IMG/VR virus record: IMGVR_UViG_3300011336_000379
Coordinates: 1 to 30,826 of that record
Length of the DNA: 30,826 bases
Strand: one strand, 5' to 3'
Origin: a virus
Lineage: Duplodnaviria; Caudoviricetes
The notes under the pieces were generated by a model. That model saw nothing but the letters and a program-made list of their open reading frames with translations, did not search any database and had not been told where the DNA came from. Shown one piece after another: positions 18,597-25,819 of the stretch. Position 1 is the first letter of the stretch, and every line of letters starts with the position of its first letter. Both the position numbers and the translations under genes were made by a program.

Positions 18597-20717
18597 TTAA
18601 TTTAATGACCAATCCTTATTTAATATAGCAATCTCATTAGATAAATCTAAGTTACTTGTATTATATGATACTTGTCCAGTAAATAATTGTCTTTTAAAAA
18701 AGTTAGAAGTTGATTTTCTCTTTACAGTTTCTAACATATAATCTTTTTCTTTAAACATATACATAGCAAGTATCATTGCAGATACTCTATCAAAGTTTTT
18801 TCTAGGGTCTGGTGAAAACTTTGCTATTTCTTGTAGTAACCCTAAATCGTAAATTAAATGTACATTTAATATCAATCTATTATCTGCAGTAATTCCTCTT
18901 TCTTTTAACAACCATTCTGAAAAATAAAGTAAACCCATTTTTTTAGTATCTTCAGGCATACTCATAAAATAACTTCTGTTTCTTTGATTCTTATCTAACT
19001 CTTTACCATGTAAAATAAAGTTAGGTGAAAACTCACATAAATGTAACTCATTTTTATTTCTAAAATAATCTAGCAAAGATTGACCTCCACCCATTATCTC
19101 AGATTGTATTGTAGCATTATAGTATTTAGCTAAATATCTAATTTGTCTATGAAAGTTAGATAATAAAGAAGGTCTACCTACAAACTTTGCAACAATCTTA
19201 TCCCCTACACCAAAATCAATAGAATTTTGTTTAATAATATAACATACACCTAAAGATGTTTTATCTTCAGCAGTTTCTATTGCATACGGATCGACTACTG
19301 CATTGTACAAATAATCAGGTACAGCATTATTTAATCTTTCAGGTTGTTCATAAATAGTAATACACCCTGTTAAATCATCATCGTTTTTATGTGGGTATTT
19401 ATCAATAGGATGTACATCATTCTTAATATGAAATTCAATGTCTTTACCATTGTCATATAATGAACCATGCTCTATATTTTTTTGCACATCTTTATTGTTT
19501 TCTACATTTCGTATTTGTTCATGCACATAATACAATGCATCACCAAACACATTAGAACTCACTCGTTTAAATAATTCAGCAGGATTAAAAGGTCTTTCAG
19601 CTATTAACCTATCTAATGCTTTAAAGTCTTTAGCTCTTTTTCTTTTTTCTCTTAACTGTTCCCACTCTTTTTTAGATTCTTCAAATTTAGGATTTCCATG
19701 TTCATCCATAAACTTAGGAGAATAAGCAGTACATGGTACAAAAAATCCAAATTCTTCTAAATCATTTTCATCCCAAACATTTTCAAATCGCATAAAGTTA
19801 TAAGGTTCAGGAGAATAAAAAATATCTTCTAATCCTTCTATTCCTTCTCCTTCTTCACCACCTGTACCAAACATAATTATTTGACCAGTAGTTAATGTAT
19901 CATCTTCTACCAAAGGTTTACTAATCTCTATTGCTTTCTTTAAATTCTTAAATGAACCTGCTTCTTCAAACACTAAAAGTTCACCCCTACCACCCCTAAC
20001 TTTTTCAGGGTTATCTACTATAATACCACCTATTAAAGATTCATATCCTTTTACTTCTACTCCTTGTGGTGTTTTAATTTTTACAGATGCTTTTTTAGTT
20101 GTTAAATTGTCAAACTCCATTCTATTTTTTCTCCACCAACCATCTGTTTGAGAGTTTAACCATTCTAAATCATCCCATGCTTTTAATAAAATACCATCAT
20201 TACCCCAAAGAAAAGGTTCTTTTGCAGCAAAATAAAAAGACTTGCTTTTTCTAACAAAGTTATAATTGTATACACCATGAGCAGCAGCTTTATAACTAAA
20301 ACCACATCCACGAGTTTTTGCACAAATTAAATGTTTACCACCTACAAGTGCATCTTGTAAATTAGGTTTCCAATATAAATCTAACGATTTTAATTTATCT
20401 TCTGTAATACCCCATCGAGATATTTCTTTTGCCCAAAACCAATTGTAATCCAATAAGTTAAACTTAGGAAATAAAGATTCTTTACGAGTTCTACTCCCAT
20501 CCACAATCGCAATTTTCATTGGAGTGTAGTTTAAAAAGAAATAATGTTCACCAGTAATTTTAGTATTTCCTACTTGATATCCTTCTTCACATCGTTTTGT
20601 TTCTTCTCTCCAAAACTCGTACCATTCTTTAGATTTCTTTGGAGCTTTTGTATAACACTTGTGCTTTAAAAAGAAATCAGCAACTTTTGTAAACTCTGAA
20701 ACATTAACTGAAATCAT
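18597..20717 (-). CDS. terL: Terminase large subunit
   Basis: ITGEHYFFLNY, Walker A AKTRGCGFSY, Walker B LLVFEEAG, coupling motif FGTGG, and RNase H-like nuclease motifs VVDPY and NFDRVSA. Confidence 0.95.
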   Translation of the reverse strand: MISVNVSEFTKVADFFLKHKCYTKAPKKSKEWYEFWREETKRCEEGYQVGNTKITGEHYFFLNYTPMKIAIVDGSRTRKESLFPKFNLLDYNWFWAKEISRWGITEDKLKSLDLYWKPNLQDALVGGKHLICAKTRGCGFSYKAAAHGVYNYNFVRKSKSFYFAAKEPFLWGNDGILLKAWDDLEWLNSQTDGWWRKNRMEFDNLTTKKASVKIKTPQGVEVKGYESLIGGIIVDNPEKVRGGRGELLVFEEAGSFKNLKKAIEISKPLVEDDTLTTGQIIMFGTGGEEGEGIEGLEDIFYSPEPYNFMRFENVWDENDLEEFGFFVPCTAYSPKFMDEHGNPKFEESKKEWEQLREKRKRAKDFKALDRLIAERPFNPAELFKRVSSNVFGDALYYVHEQIRNVENNKDVQKNIEHGSLYDNGKDIEFHIKNDVHPIDKYPHKNDDDLTGCITIYEQPERLNNAVPDYLYNAVVDPYAIETAEDKTSLGVCYIIKQNSIDFGVGDKIVAKFVGRPSLLSNFHRQIRYLAKYYNATIQSEIMGGGQSLLDYFRNKNELHLCEFSPNFILHGKELDKNQRNRSYFMSMPEDTKKMGLLYFSEWLLKERGITADNRLILNVHLIYDLGLLQEIAKFSPDPRKNFDRVSAMILAMYMFKEKDYMLETVKRKSTSNFFKRQLFTGQVSYNTSNLDLSNEIAILNKDWSLN

Positions 20718-21274
20718 TATAGTTCGTTTTCACCTATTTCAATTCCACCTCTACTATTACCTTGTTCACTCAATTCTTTTTTCACCATATCCTCTGTTTC
20801 TTGTAGATTCTTAATTAAAAGCTTAATCTCTTTCATTGCTTTTATATTCTCTGTAATAGTAGCTAAATCTATTTCATCAGATTCAGAAGAAGCATCTAAA
20901 CTTTCAATCATTCTATCTATATTTTTCATAGATGCTTTTAACAACCTTAGTGCTCTTGTATCTTGTAAACATTTGTAATGGTCAATAGCTTCTTTTACAT
21001 CTTTATCAGGACTCCAATCATTAGGTAAACCTGCAGCTTTTTTAGATTCTACTATTCTATCTTCTTCAGAGTAGTTAATTAGATTTGACCTATAATCACA
21101 TAACAGATAGATATAAGTAAACTCTTTTTGAGCTTGGTACTTATACCTACCTTTATAATGTGGAGAGTTATTTCCTTTATCTCGTAGATAAAGTTTTTTA
21201 AATGGTTCATGTAACTGAATCCATTCTTTATTTAACTCTACTAAAAAATCATCATTCAATTTGAATAACTCCAT
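20717..21274 (-). CDS. Putative terminase small subunit
   Basis: Helical 185-aa protein whose stop overlaps the TerL start (TAATG). Assigned by position only. Confidence 0.45.
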   Translation of the reverse strand: MELFKLNDDFLVELNKEWIQLHEPFKKLYLRDKGNNSPHYKGRYKYQAQKEFTYIYLLCDYRSNLINYSEEDRIVESKKAAGLPNDWSPDKDVKEAIDHYKCLQDTRALRLLKASMKNIDRMIESLDASSESDEIDLATITENIKAMKEIKLLIKNLQETEDMVKKELSEQGNSRGGIEIGENEL

Positions 21275-21275
21275 T

Positions 21276-21662
21276 CTAACTTAATGTCAATAAATACAAT
21301 GTTTTATCTACTAAAGAAAGCATTTCATCTGCTATATTTGCTAAATGCGTATCGTCTGGACTATATGATTTTCTAACTAAACCATCTTTTGCAAACAATG
21401 GTCTAATAGACTGAATATATTTCATTGCATCTATATCGCTTTCTATGTTAGGTGCAAGTTTACCTTTAATCCTACCATAAGTACCTTGATATGTTTCTAT
21501 AAAGCTATCTGTTAAATCTAGTATTCCATCATAAAATTCATTTAACGCTTTATGTGCTGCAAAACTTGTTGTTTGCAAATGAATATAATGAACTTGATCT
21601 CTTACTTCAAATAGTTTTTGCAGTACTAATCTACCTTTTTCAGAACCTTCTTTTATTAACAT
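21276..21662 (-). CDS. Ferritin/Dps-like four-helix protein (DUF5856-like)
   Basis: HYIHLQTTSFAAHKALNEFYDGILDLTDSFIETYQG and C-terminal KTLYLLTL. Confidence 0.75.
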   Translation of the reverse strand: MLIKEGSEKGRLVLQKLFEVRDQVHYIHLQTTSFAAHKALNEFYDGILDLTDSFIETYQGTYGRIKGKLAPNIESDIDAMKYIQSIRPLFAKDGLVRKSYSPDDTHLANIADEMLSLVDKTLYLLTLS

Positions 21663-21673
21663 TGTAATTTTAT

Positions 21674-21961
21674 TTAATTTATATATACTCCAATAATTAT
21701 ACTCTCATGAAATACTAAATATCTTTCTTCATTTAATTCAATAGGAGTTACTTGACCTACCCCAAATCGTGATACTGAAATAAAATCTCCTACTTTACAA
21801 GATACTACAGCATCACCTACTGCTACTACCTCTAGTTTATTCAAAGTTTCTTTTTCTTCCTTAGTCAAAGACTCTGGTTTAATAATACCAGAAGTAGTTT
21901 TGTTAGAAATAAAAGGTTCTTTTACTACTACGTTACTAAATGTTGGTTTGTAATTAATCAT
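21674..21961 (-). CDS. groES: GroES/Cpn10-like co-chaperonin
   Basis: KPT...VVVK, mobile loop KTTSGIIKP, EVVAVG, KVGD and YLVFHESIIIG; 95 aa. Confidence 0.85.
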   Translation of the reverse strand: MINYKPTFSNVVVKEPFISNKTTSGIIKPESLTKEEKETLNKLEVVAVGDAVVSCKVGDFISVSRFGVGQVTPIELNEERYLVFHESIIIGVYIN

Positions 21962-21980
21962 AATTTTATTATTTAATTGT

Positions 21981-22214
21981 TTATTTGTTTAATTCTTTTT
22001 TAGCTTTACAATAATTAATTGCATCCATTTTTCGTTTATTAAATTCTATTTTAACTAAATAAGGTATTAATACATTTTCAAAATTTCCTGAAGTTACTAC
22101 AGTATGAGCAAACCTATGCCAATGCTGTTCTATCTTTTTAATTAAAAATTTTGGTGTATCTACTACTTCAGCTACTTCATTAATAACGTCTTGATTGCAA
22201 AATTTATTTTCCAT
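21981..22214 (-). CDS. Small HU/IHF-like protein
   Basis: Helix-helix-beta pattern QDVINEVAEVVD...GNFENVLIPYLVKIEF. Confidence 0.45.
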   Translation of the reverse strand: MENKFCNQDVINEVAEVVDTPKFLIKKIEQHWHRFAHTVVTSGNFENVLIPYLVKIEFNKRKMDAINYCKAKKELNK

Positions 22215-22222
22215 ATATTTAG

Positions 22223-22230
22223 CAAATATA
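22223..22230 (-). promoter_or_regulatory. Bacteroidota-type -7 promoter box TATATTTG
   Basis: Matches TAnnTTTG, 8 nt upstream of ATG 22214. Confidence 0.6.
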
Positions 22231-22242
22231 ATAGTTTTAAAT

Positions 22243-22521
22243 TTACAATTCTTTATTTATTCTATTTTTATCTAGTGCGTCTACTCGTATACCATTCCAA
22301 TACCCTTTAACGCATAACTTATTACTCCTTGTTAACCAAGATAAAAAACAATTGCACCCACCTTTTTCTTTATCACACCTTATTTTATCAGCAGATATAG
22401 TATCACATTCTAAACAAATTTTGTATCTTTCTTCTGCTAATTTTTCTATCATAGGGTCTGCTACACCAAAATCAGCTTTTGTTTTATTAATAAACCCTCT
22501 TGCTATATTAGTAATATCCAT
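22243..22521 (-). CDS. Cys-rich small protein (putative Zn-binding)
   Basis: ERYKICLEC...RC..GGCNCFL....R...CVKGYW. Confidence 0.7.
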   Translation of the reverse strand: MDITNIARGFINKTKADFGVADPMIEKLAEERYKICLECDTISADKIRCDKEKGGCNCFLSWLTRSNKLCVKGYWNGIRVDALDKNRINKEL

Positions 22522-22889
22522 ATACTTAATATTATACTACATATAATTTTAACTAAAAAAATAACTCCTATATTTTTATTTCTTTGTACTTTATCTATCC
22601 AAGAAGTTTTTCCTACATACAATGTAGGTAATCCTCTTAAGTAATTTAAATATACATCAAATACTATCCAAAATATTAAACTGCTGTATATAAAAGCTAT
22701 ACACATTTTAAATATACTATCATACAATAATATAGATGGTATTGTAAATATATTAGCTCGTATAAAAAAACGAAAAGTATGATTAAGACTAGTAATCTTA
22801 CCCCATTTCTTTTTTATTATATAATAATCAATATATGCATTAACTAATGCAATAACACAACTACTAATAAATAATATACACAATTTCAT
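22503..22889 (-). CDS. Membrane protein with about 4 hydrophobic segments
   Basis: Hydrophobic stretches and a FWIVFD..LN..RG...YVG..S..D motif. Confidence 0.7.
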   Translation of the reverse strand: MKLCILFISSCVIALVNAYIDYYIIKKKWGKITSLNHTFRFFIRANIFTIPSILLYDSIFKMCIAFIYSSLIFWIVFDVYLNYLRGLPTLYVGKTSWIDKVQRNKNIGVIFLVKIICSIILSIWILLI

Positions 22890-22893
22890 TTTA

Positions 22894-23034
22894 TTAATCT
22901 ATAAAATACATAAGTATAGTAATAAATAAAAGAATAAAAGCAAAGCTAAATAAATTTAAATTATAAGATATTGCTATTGCTAATATCATACCTGATAACA
23001 TATAAAATTTATATTTTTTTACATTACTCATCAT
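22894..23034 (-). CDS. 46-aa membrane peptide
   Basis: Manual translation MMSNVKKYKFYMLSGMILAIAISYNLNLFSFAFILLFITILMYFID. Fills the gap and overlaps the upstream stop. Confidence 0.55.
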   Translation of the reverse strand: MMSNVKKYKFYMLSGMILAIAISYNLNLFSFAFILLFITILMYFID

Positions 23035-23245
23035 TTAATTCTTTTGCTGTTATTAAACTACCTAACAATATTGTAATAGCTATAACTAAAATAGTACCTA
23101 ATGTTATATAAGCATTTTCAATATCATATATAAATTGAAATATCATTCCTATTAATATTAAACTAATAAAAATATTAAACACTATATTGTTTAAGTTTAT
23201 TTTTAAAGCTTTTAAATATTTTTTTAATGTTATTTTGGTTTGCAT
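23024..23245 (-). CDS. Two-TM small membrane protein
   Basis: Basic N-terminus followed by two hydrophobic helices. Confidence 0.6.
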   Translation of the reverse strand: MQTKITLKKYLKALKINLNNIVFNIFISLILIGMIFQFIYDIENAYITLGTILVIAITILLGSLITAKELNDE

Positions 23246-23364
23246 TTCTTTTTACAGTTTTTACATTTTAAACAACCTTCTTCCATTCTATGTTCTGTCA
23301 ATTCTTTTTTACAGTTACACATTTGGTATACTGTTACATTGCTACCATATTTTATTTCTGACAT
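23230..23364 (-). CDS. 44-aa Cys-rich (Zn-ribbon-like) peptide
   Basis: Manual translation MSEIKYGSNVTVYQMCNCKKELTEHRMEEGCLKCKNCKKKCKPK. Overlaps both neighbours. Confidence 0.55.
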   Translation of the reverse strand: MSEIKYGSNVTVYQMCNCKKELTEHRMEEGCLKCKNCKKKCKPK

Positions 23365-23495
23365 ATTTTATTATTTATAAAAAACAAACCATCTTTTGTT
23401 ATGTACTTAATTCTAGTGTCTAATGTTTTTCCTATAATTACATTAGTAGCAGGTTGTTTGTTATTCCATTCCTTGTTTATTGTTACATGTCTCAT
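23352..23495 (-). CDS. 47-aa hypothetical protein
   Basis: Manual translation MRHVTINKEWNNKQPATNVIIGKTLDTRIKYITKDGLFFINNKICQK. Part of the overlapping ORF chain. Confidence 0.45.
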   Translation of the reverse strand: MRHVTINKEWNNKQPATNVIIGKTLDTRIKYITKDGLFFINNKICQK

Positions 23496-23652
23496 TTTTA
23501 AAATATTTATCTATTAATTTATTATTCTCTTCTATCCTTGCTTGTTTACAAGATTGAAAAAAATCATTTGCTTTATAACTAGTTAGTACAACAGCTTTTT
23601 CAGATAACCTAACTTTATAATAAGGGTTGATTAAATATCTTCTTCTATCCAT
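23461..23652 (-). CDS. Hypothetical protein, first gene of the leftward operon
   Basis: 63 aa, preceded by a TACATTTG box. Confidence 0.55.
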   Translation of the reverse strand: MDRRRYLINPYYKVRLSEKAVVLTSYKANDFFQSCKQARIEENNKLIDKYFKNETCNNKQGME

Positions 23653-23656
23653 ACCT

Positions 23657-23664
23657 CAAATGTA
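23657..23664 (-). promoter_or_regulatory. Bacteroidota-type -7 promoter box TACATTTG
   Basis: Matches TAnnTTTG, 4 nt upstream of ATG 23652. Confidence 0.6.
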
Positions 23665-23698
23665 GTAATAAATTAAATTAATAAAAAAATTTAGAAGA

Positions 23699-23730
23699 CT
23701 TGAATATATCGAAAAAAAAACGTACCTTTG
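23699..23730 (+). promoter_or_regulatory. Bacteroidota-type promoter (-33 CTTG, 20-nt spacer, -7 TACCTTTG)
   Basis: Near-consensus TTTG-N19-21-TAnnTTTG, divergent from the 23657 box. Confidence 0.65.
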
Positions 23731-23845
23731 TGGAGAAAAGATAACAAAGCTACTACGGCATCCTTCAAAAGCTCGTCTTTGTAAGCAAACACTTTTTGGG
23801 GAAAGAGTATTTATAAAAGAGAAAGGTACCTTTTAGATTTTAAAA

Positions 23846-24085
23846 ATGAGTTTTAGTTTTTCAAATACAAAAGAAGAAACTTCTAAAACTGCTTTAGAAC
23901 AATGGAAAAAAAATAAATTAGAAGTTGAAAAAGCTTTTTTTAATTACACTTCTAATAAAAAATTATCTCCTGAACAACAAGCACACTTAGACTACATACA
24001 AAACTTTAAATCAGAATTAAAAGATGTTAAAGGATTTTTAATACAATGTAGTTACCATAAATTATTTAGACCCTACCTACCTTAA
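23846..24085 (+). CDS. Hypothetical protein
   Basis: 79-aa ORF with an A-rich start context downstream of a promoter. Confidence 0.6.
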   Translation: MSFSFSNTKEETSKTALEQWKKNKLEVEKAFFNYTSNKKLSPEQQAHLDYIQNFKSELKDVKGFLIQCSYHKLFRPYLP

Positions 24086-24089
24086 TTTT

Positions 24090-24210
24090 AATTAATACCC
24101 CCACCCCTTTATTATTTTTAATAGTGGGTATTAATTGGTGTATATAATGAGGGAGGGGGAGTACCCCCCATACTAGACCCGTTCAAAATTTTGACGTCGG
24201 GGTTCTCCGT
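24090..24210. other. GC-rich palindromic island, candidate genome terminus/packaging site or origin
   Basis: Inverted repeat AATTAATACCC/GGGTATTAATT (24090-24136), GGGGG-AGTA-CCCCC (24155-24168) and palindrome TCAAAATTTTGA (24183-24194), near the late/early strand switch. Confidence 0.35.
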
Positions 24211-24350
24211 GTCAGTCAAATAGCTTAGATGAACAAACGATTCTAGCTATTTAATTATGTGGGTGATGACCAACATCAGTTCAAGCAGTAGTACTGGAGC
24301 AGAAATCTTCGGTCAAAACGCGTTAGACTAACCAATAATGTCTAACAATA

Positions 24351-24459
24351 ACTCCTAAACAAGAGTATGAAACTGTTTAGTGTCCTAAGCAAGACAAAAA
24401 ACTGCTTTAATTTTTAACTAACCGTGAGCAAGTTAGTTAGTTTATATTAAACTGTTCGC
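24351..24459 (+). ncRNA. Tandem array of three small H-type pseudoknot motifs
   Basis: ACTC-CTAAACAA-GAGT-ATGAAAC-TGTTTAG; TGTC-CTAAGCAA-GACA-AAAAAC-TGCTT; TAACTAAC-CGTGAGCAA-GTTAGTTA-..AAAC-TGTTCGC. Compensatory changes occur in both helices. Confidence 0.7.
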
Positions 24460-24488
24460 TCGGTTTAAAATTTAATTTAAAGTTTAAA

Positions 24489-24929
24489 ATGGAAAGAGCA
24501 GATGCTATCCAAATTATCAAATCACGCCGTTCTGTATTAACAGAAGGTGCTTATGATTTGAAAGTGAATTCTGTCGTTGAATACGACGGAAAGTTCATCA
24601 TTAACTTGTCAGCAATGTCAAGTTATCATGTTGAACAAGCAGTTTCCCTAATCAAAAAGGGAGACTATCAAGGAGCTGTAAACAGTTCTTTATCATTTTC
24701 CGCTCGTCCTTCAGACTTTATTCCTTCAAAGGGAGAGTATGTGAAGGTTCAAGTTGAAAAACTCACCACTAAAAATGGTGTAACAGGTTTGTTTCCAGTA
24801 GCACTTTCTCCAATCAAATCTATCGCTTCTGGTAGAATTGACATTGAAAGTTTGTTGGAAGTTGAGGAAGAAGAAACTCAACAAACAGAACAAACCGAAG
24901 GACCAAAACTTATTAAGAAAGGTAAGTAG
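24489..24929 (+). CDS. Hypothetical, probably highly expressed early protein (possible OB-fold with acidic tail)
   Basis: 146 aa with MCP-like codon bias, beta-rich core, EVEEEETQQTEQTE tail and its own terminator. Confidence 0.7.
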   Translation: MERADAIQIIKSRRSVLTEGAYDLKVNSVVEYDGKFIINLSAMSSYHVEQAVSLIKKGDYQGAVNSSLSFSARPSDFIPSKGEYVKVQVEKLTTKNGVTGLFPVALSPIKSIASGRIDIESLLEVEEEETQQTEQTEGPKLIKKGK

Positions 24930-24939
24930 TTGGTAATCA

Positions 24940-24975
24940 GCCAATCCTCTCTCCACGGGAGGATTGGTTTTTTTA
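24940..24975 (+). terminator. Rho-independent terminator
   Basis: CCAATCCTC...GAGGATTGG followed by TTTTTTT. Confidence 0.85.
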
Positions 24976-25075
24976 TTTTTTTATAAAAAGAAACAATACA
25001 TTATAAATGTATTACACAACTTAACAAATTGTGTTATCATTTATTTTATGTTTTATTGTTTAGTTTTATTATACA

Positions 25076-25280
25076 TTATTAATGCACCATAACTCACTTC
25101 CCAAGGGTGAGCAGTTGTAATATTAGAGATACTGACAATTTTAATTGTAAGTGACAAAAAGCTCTAATGCAAGCAGCGATGTTATATCAGAAATTATATA
25201 GTAATTGCAAGTACTATGTAATGGAGATATTTCACCTGTGTCGATCCTTGCAGATATTACAACTGAGTGCAGAGGGGTAA
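25076..25280 (+). ncRNA. Twister ribozyme (P1 type) with a large P5 insertion
   Basis: P1 UUAU/GUAA, U^AA, P2 UGCA/UGCA, P4 CUCAC/GUGAG with loop UUCCCAAGG, 3' GAGGG, T2-like CC/GG pair, and a perfect 12-bp P5 CAGUUGUAAUAU/AUAUUACAACUG. Confidence 0.75.
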
Positions 25281-25325
25281 ATAAATATTTATACACCACT
25301 TTTTTCAAAAATAAACAAAACAATT

Positions 25326-25631
25326 ATGAACGCAAAACAAGAAATTTCTTATCTTAAATTTGAGAATATCAAATGTGCCACTATCAAATATGTCACTATT
25401 AAAGAGATAGATACCATTTCTATTTCTTTAAAAGTAGGACATACTCAAGAAGAATTTAATGCATTTATGAATGCATTAGATTTTGATTATGATAATGGGT
25501 ATGGTAGTCAAGAACTTCATGGTATAATTTGGTTATCCAATGGTAATTGGATGACTAGATGGGAATATGATGGTAGTGAAGGATGGGAATATAACTCACT
25601 TCCTGAAATACCTGAAGAGTTAAAATCCTAA
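25326..25631 (+). CDS. Hypothetical phage protein (YDNGYGSQEL..IW..G.WM.R.EYDGSEGW type)
   Basis: 101-aa ORF with an aromatic/Gly-rich motif recurrent in phages. Confidence 0.8.
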   Translation: MNAKQEISYLKFENIKCATIKYVTIKEIDTISISLKVGHTQEEFNAFMNALDFDYDNGYGSQELHGIIWLSNGNWMTRWEYDGSEGWEYNSLPEIPEELKS

Positions 25632-25683
25632 TAAAAAGGTACGTTAATAGCTGAAAATAACGGTTAAAGCTAATTTTTTTTCA

Positions 25684-25711
25684 ATATCCTGAGTAAGATA
25701 TAAAACTGCTC
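25684..25711 (+). ncRNA. Fourth copy of the small pseudoknot motif
   Basis: ATATC-CTGAGTAA-GATAT-AAAAC-TGCTC; GAGUA pairs with UGCUC. Confidence 0.7.
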
Positions 25712-25819
25712 TTTAATTAAATTAACTATTAGTCCAAAGGATATTATGTTGAAGCATAGATTTGCATTAGACAGCTGACTGATTAAATTAATAGTTAATT
25801 TATTAAAAATAAAAAACTT

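Noticed and set aside
13319-20717. Introns or inteins in TerL, portal or MCP
   Set aside because: The ORFs are continuous and of normal size, with no intein splice-junction or homing-endonuclease motifs seen.
1664-23423. Plus-strand ORFs 1664-1861, 7012-7233, 9638-9880, 10943-11137, 13144-13461, 14218-14409, 16079-16273, 22352-22546 and 23187-23423
   Set aside because: All are antisense shadows of well-supported minus-strand genes, with implausible composition.
24260-24322. Hammerhead-like UGAUGA...AAAAC
   Set aside because: It reads GUGAUGA rather than CUGAUGA, has no GAAA after stem II, and shows no stems I/III. Only a UGACC/GGUCA helix is supported.
24351-24459. CRISPR mini-array
   Set aside because: The repeats conserve structure rather than sequence, there are no spacer-length gaps, and no cas genes are present.
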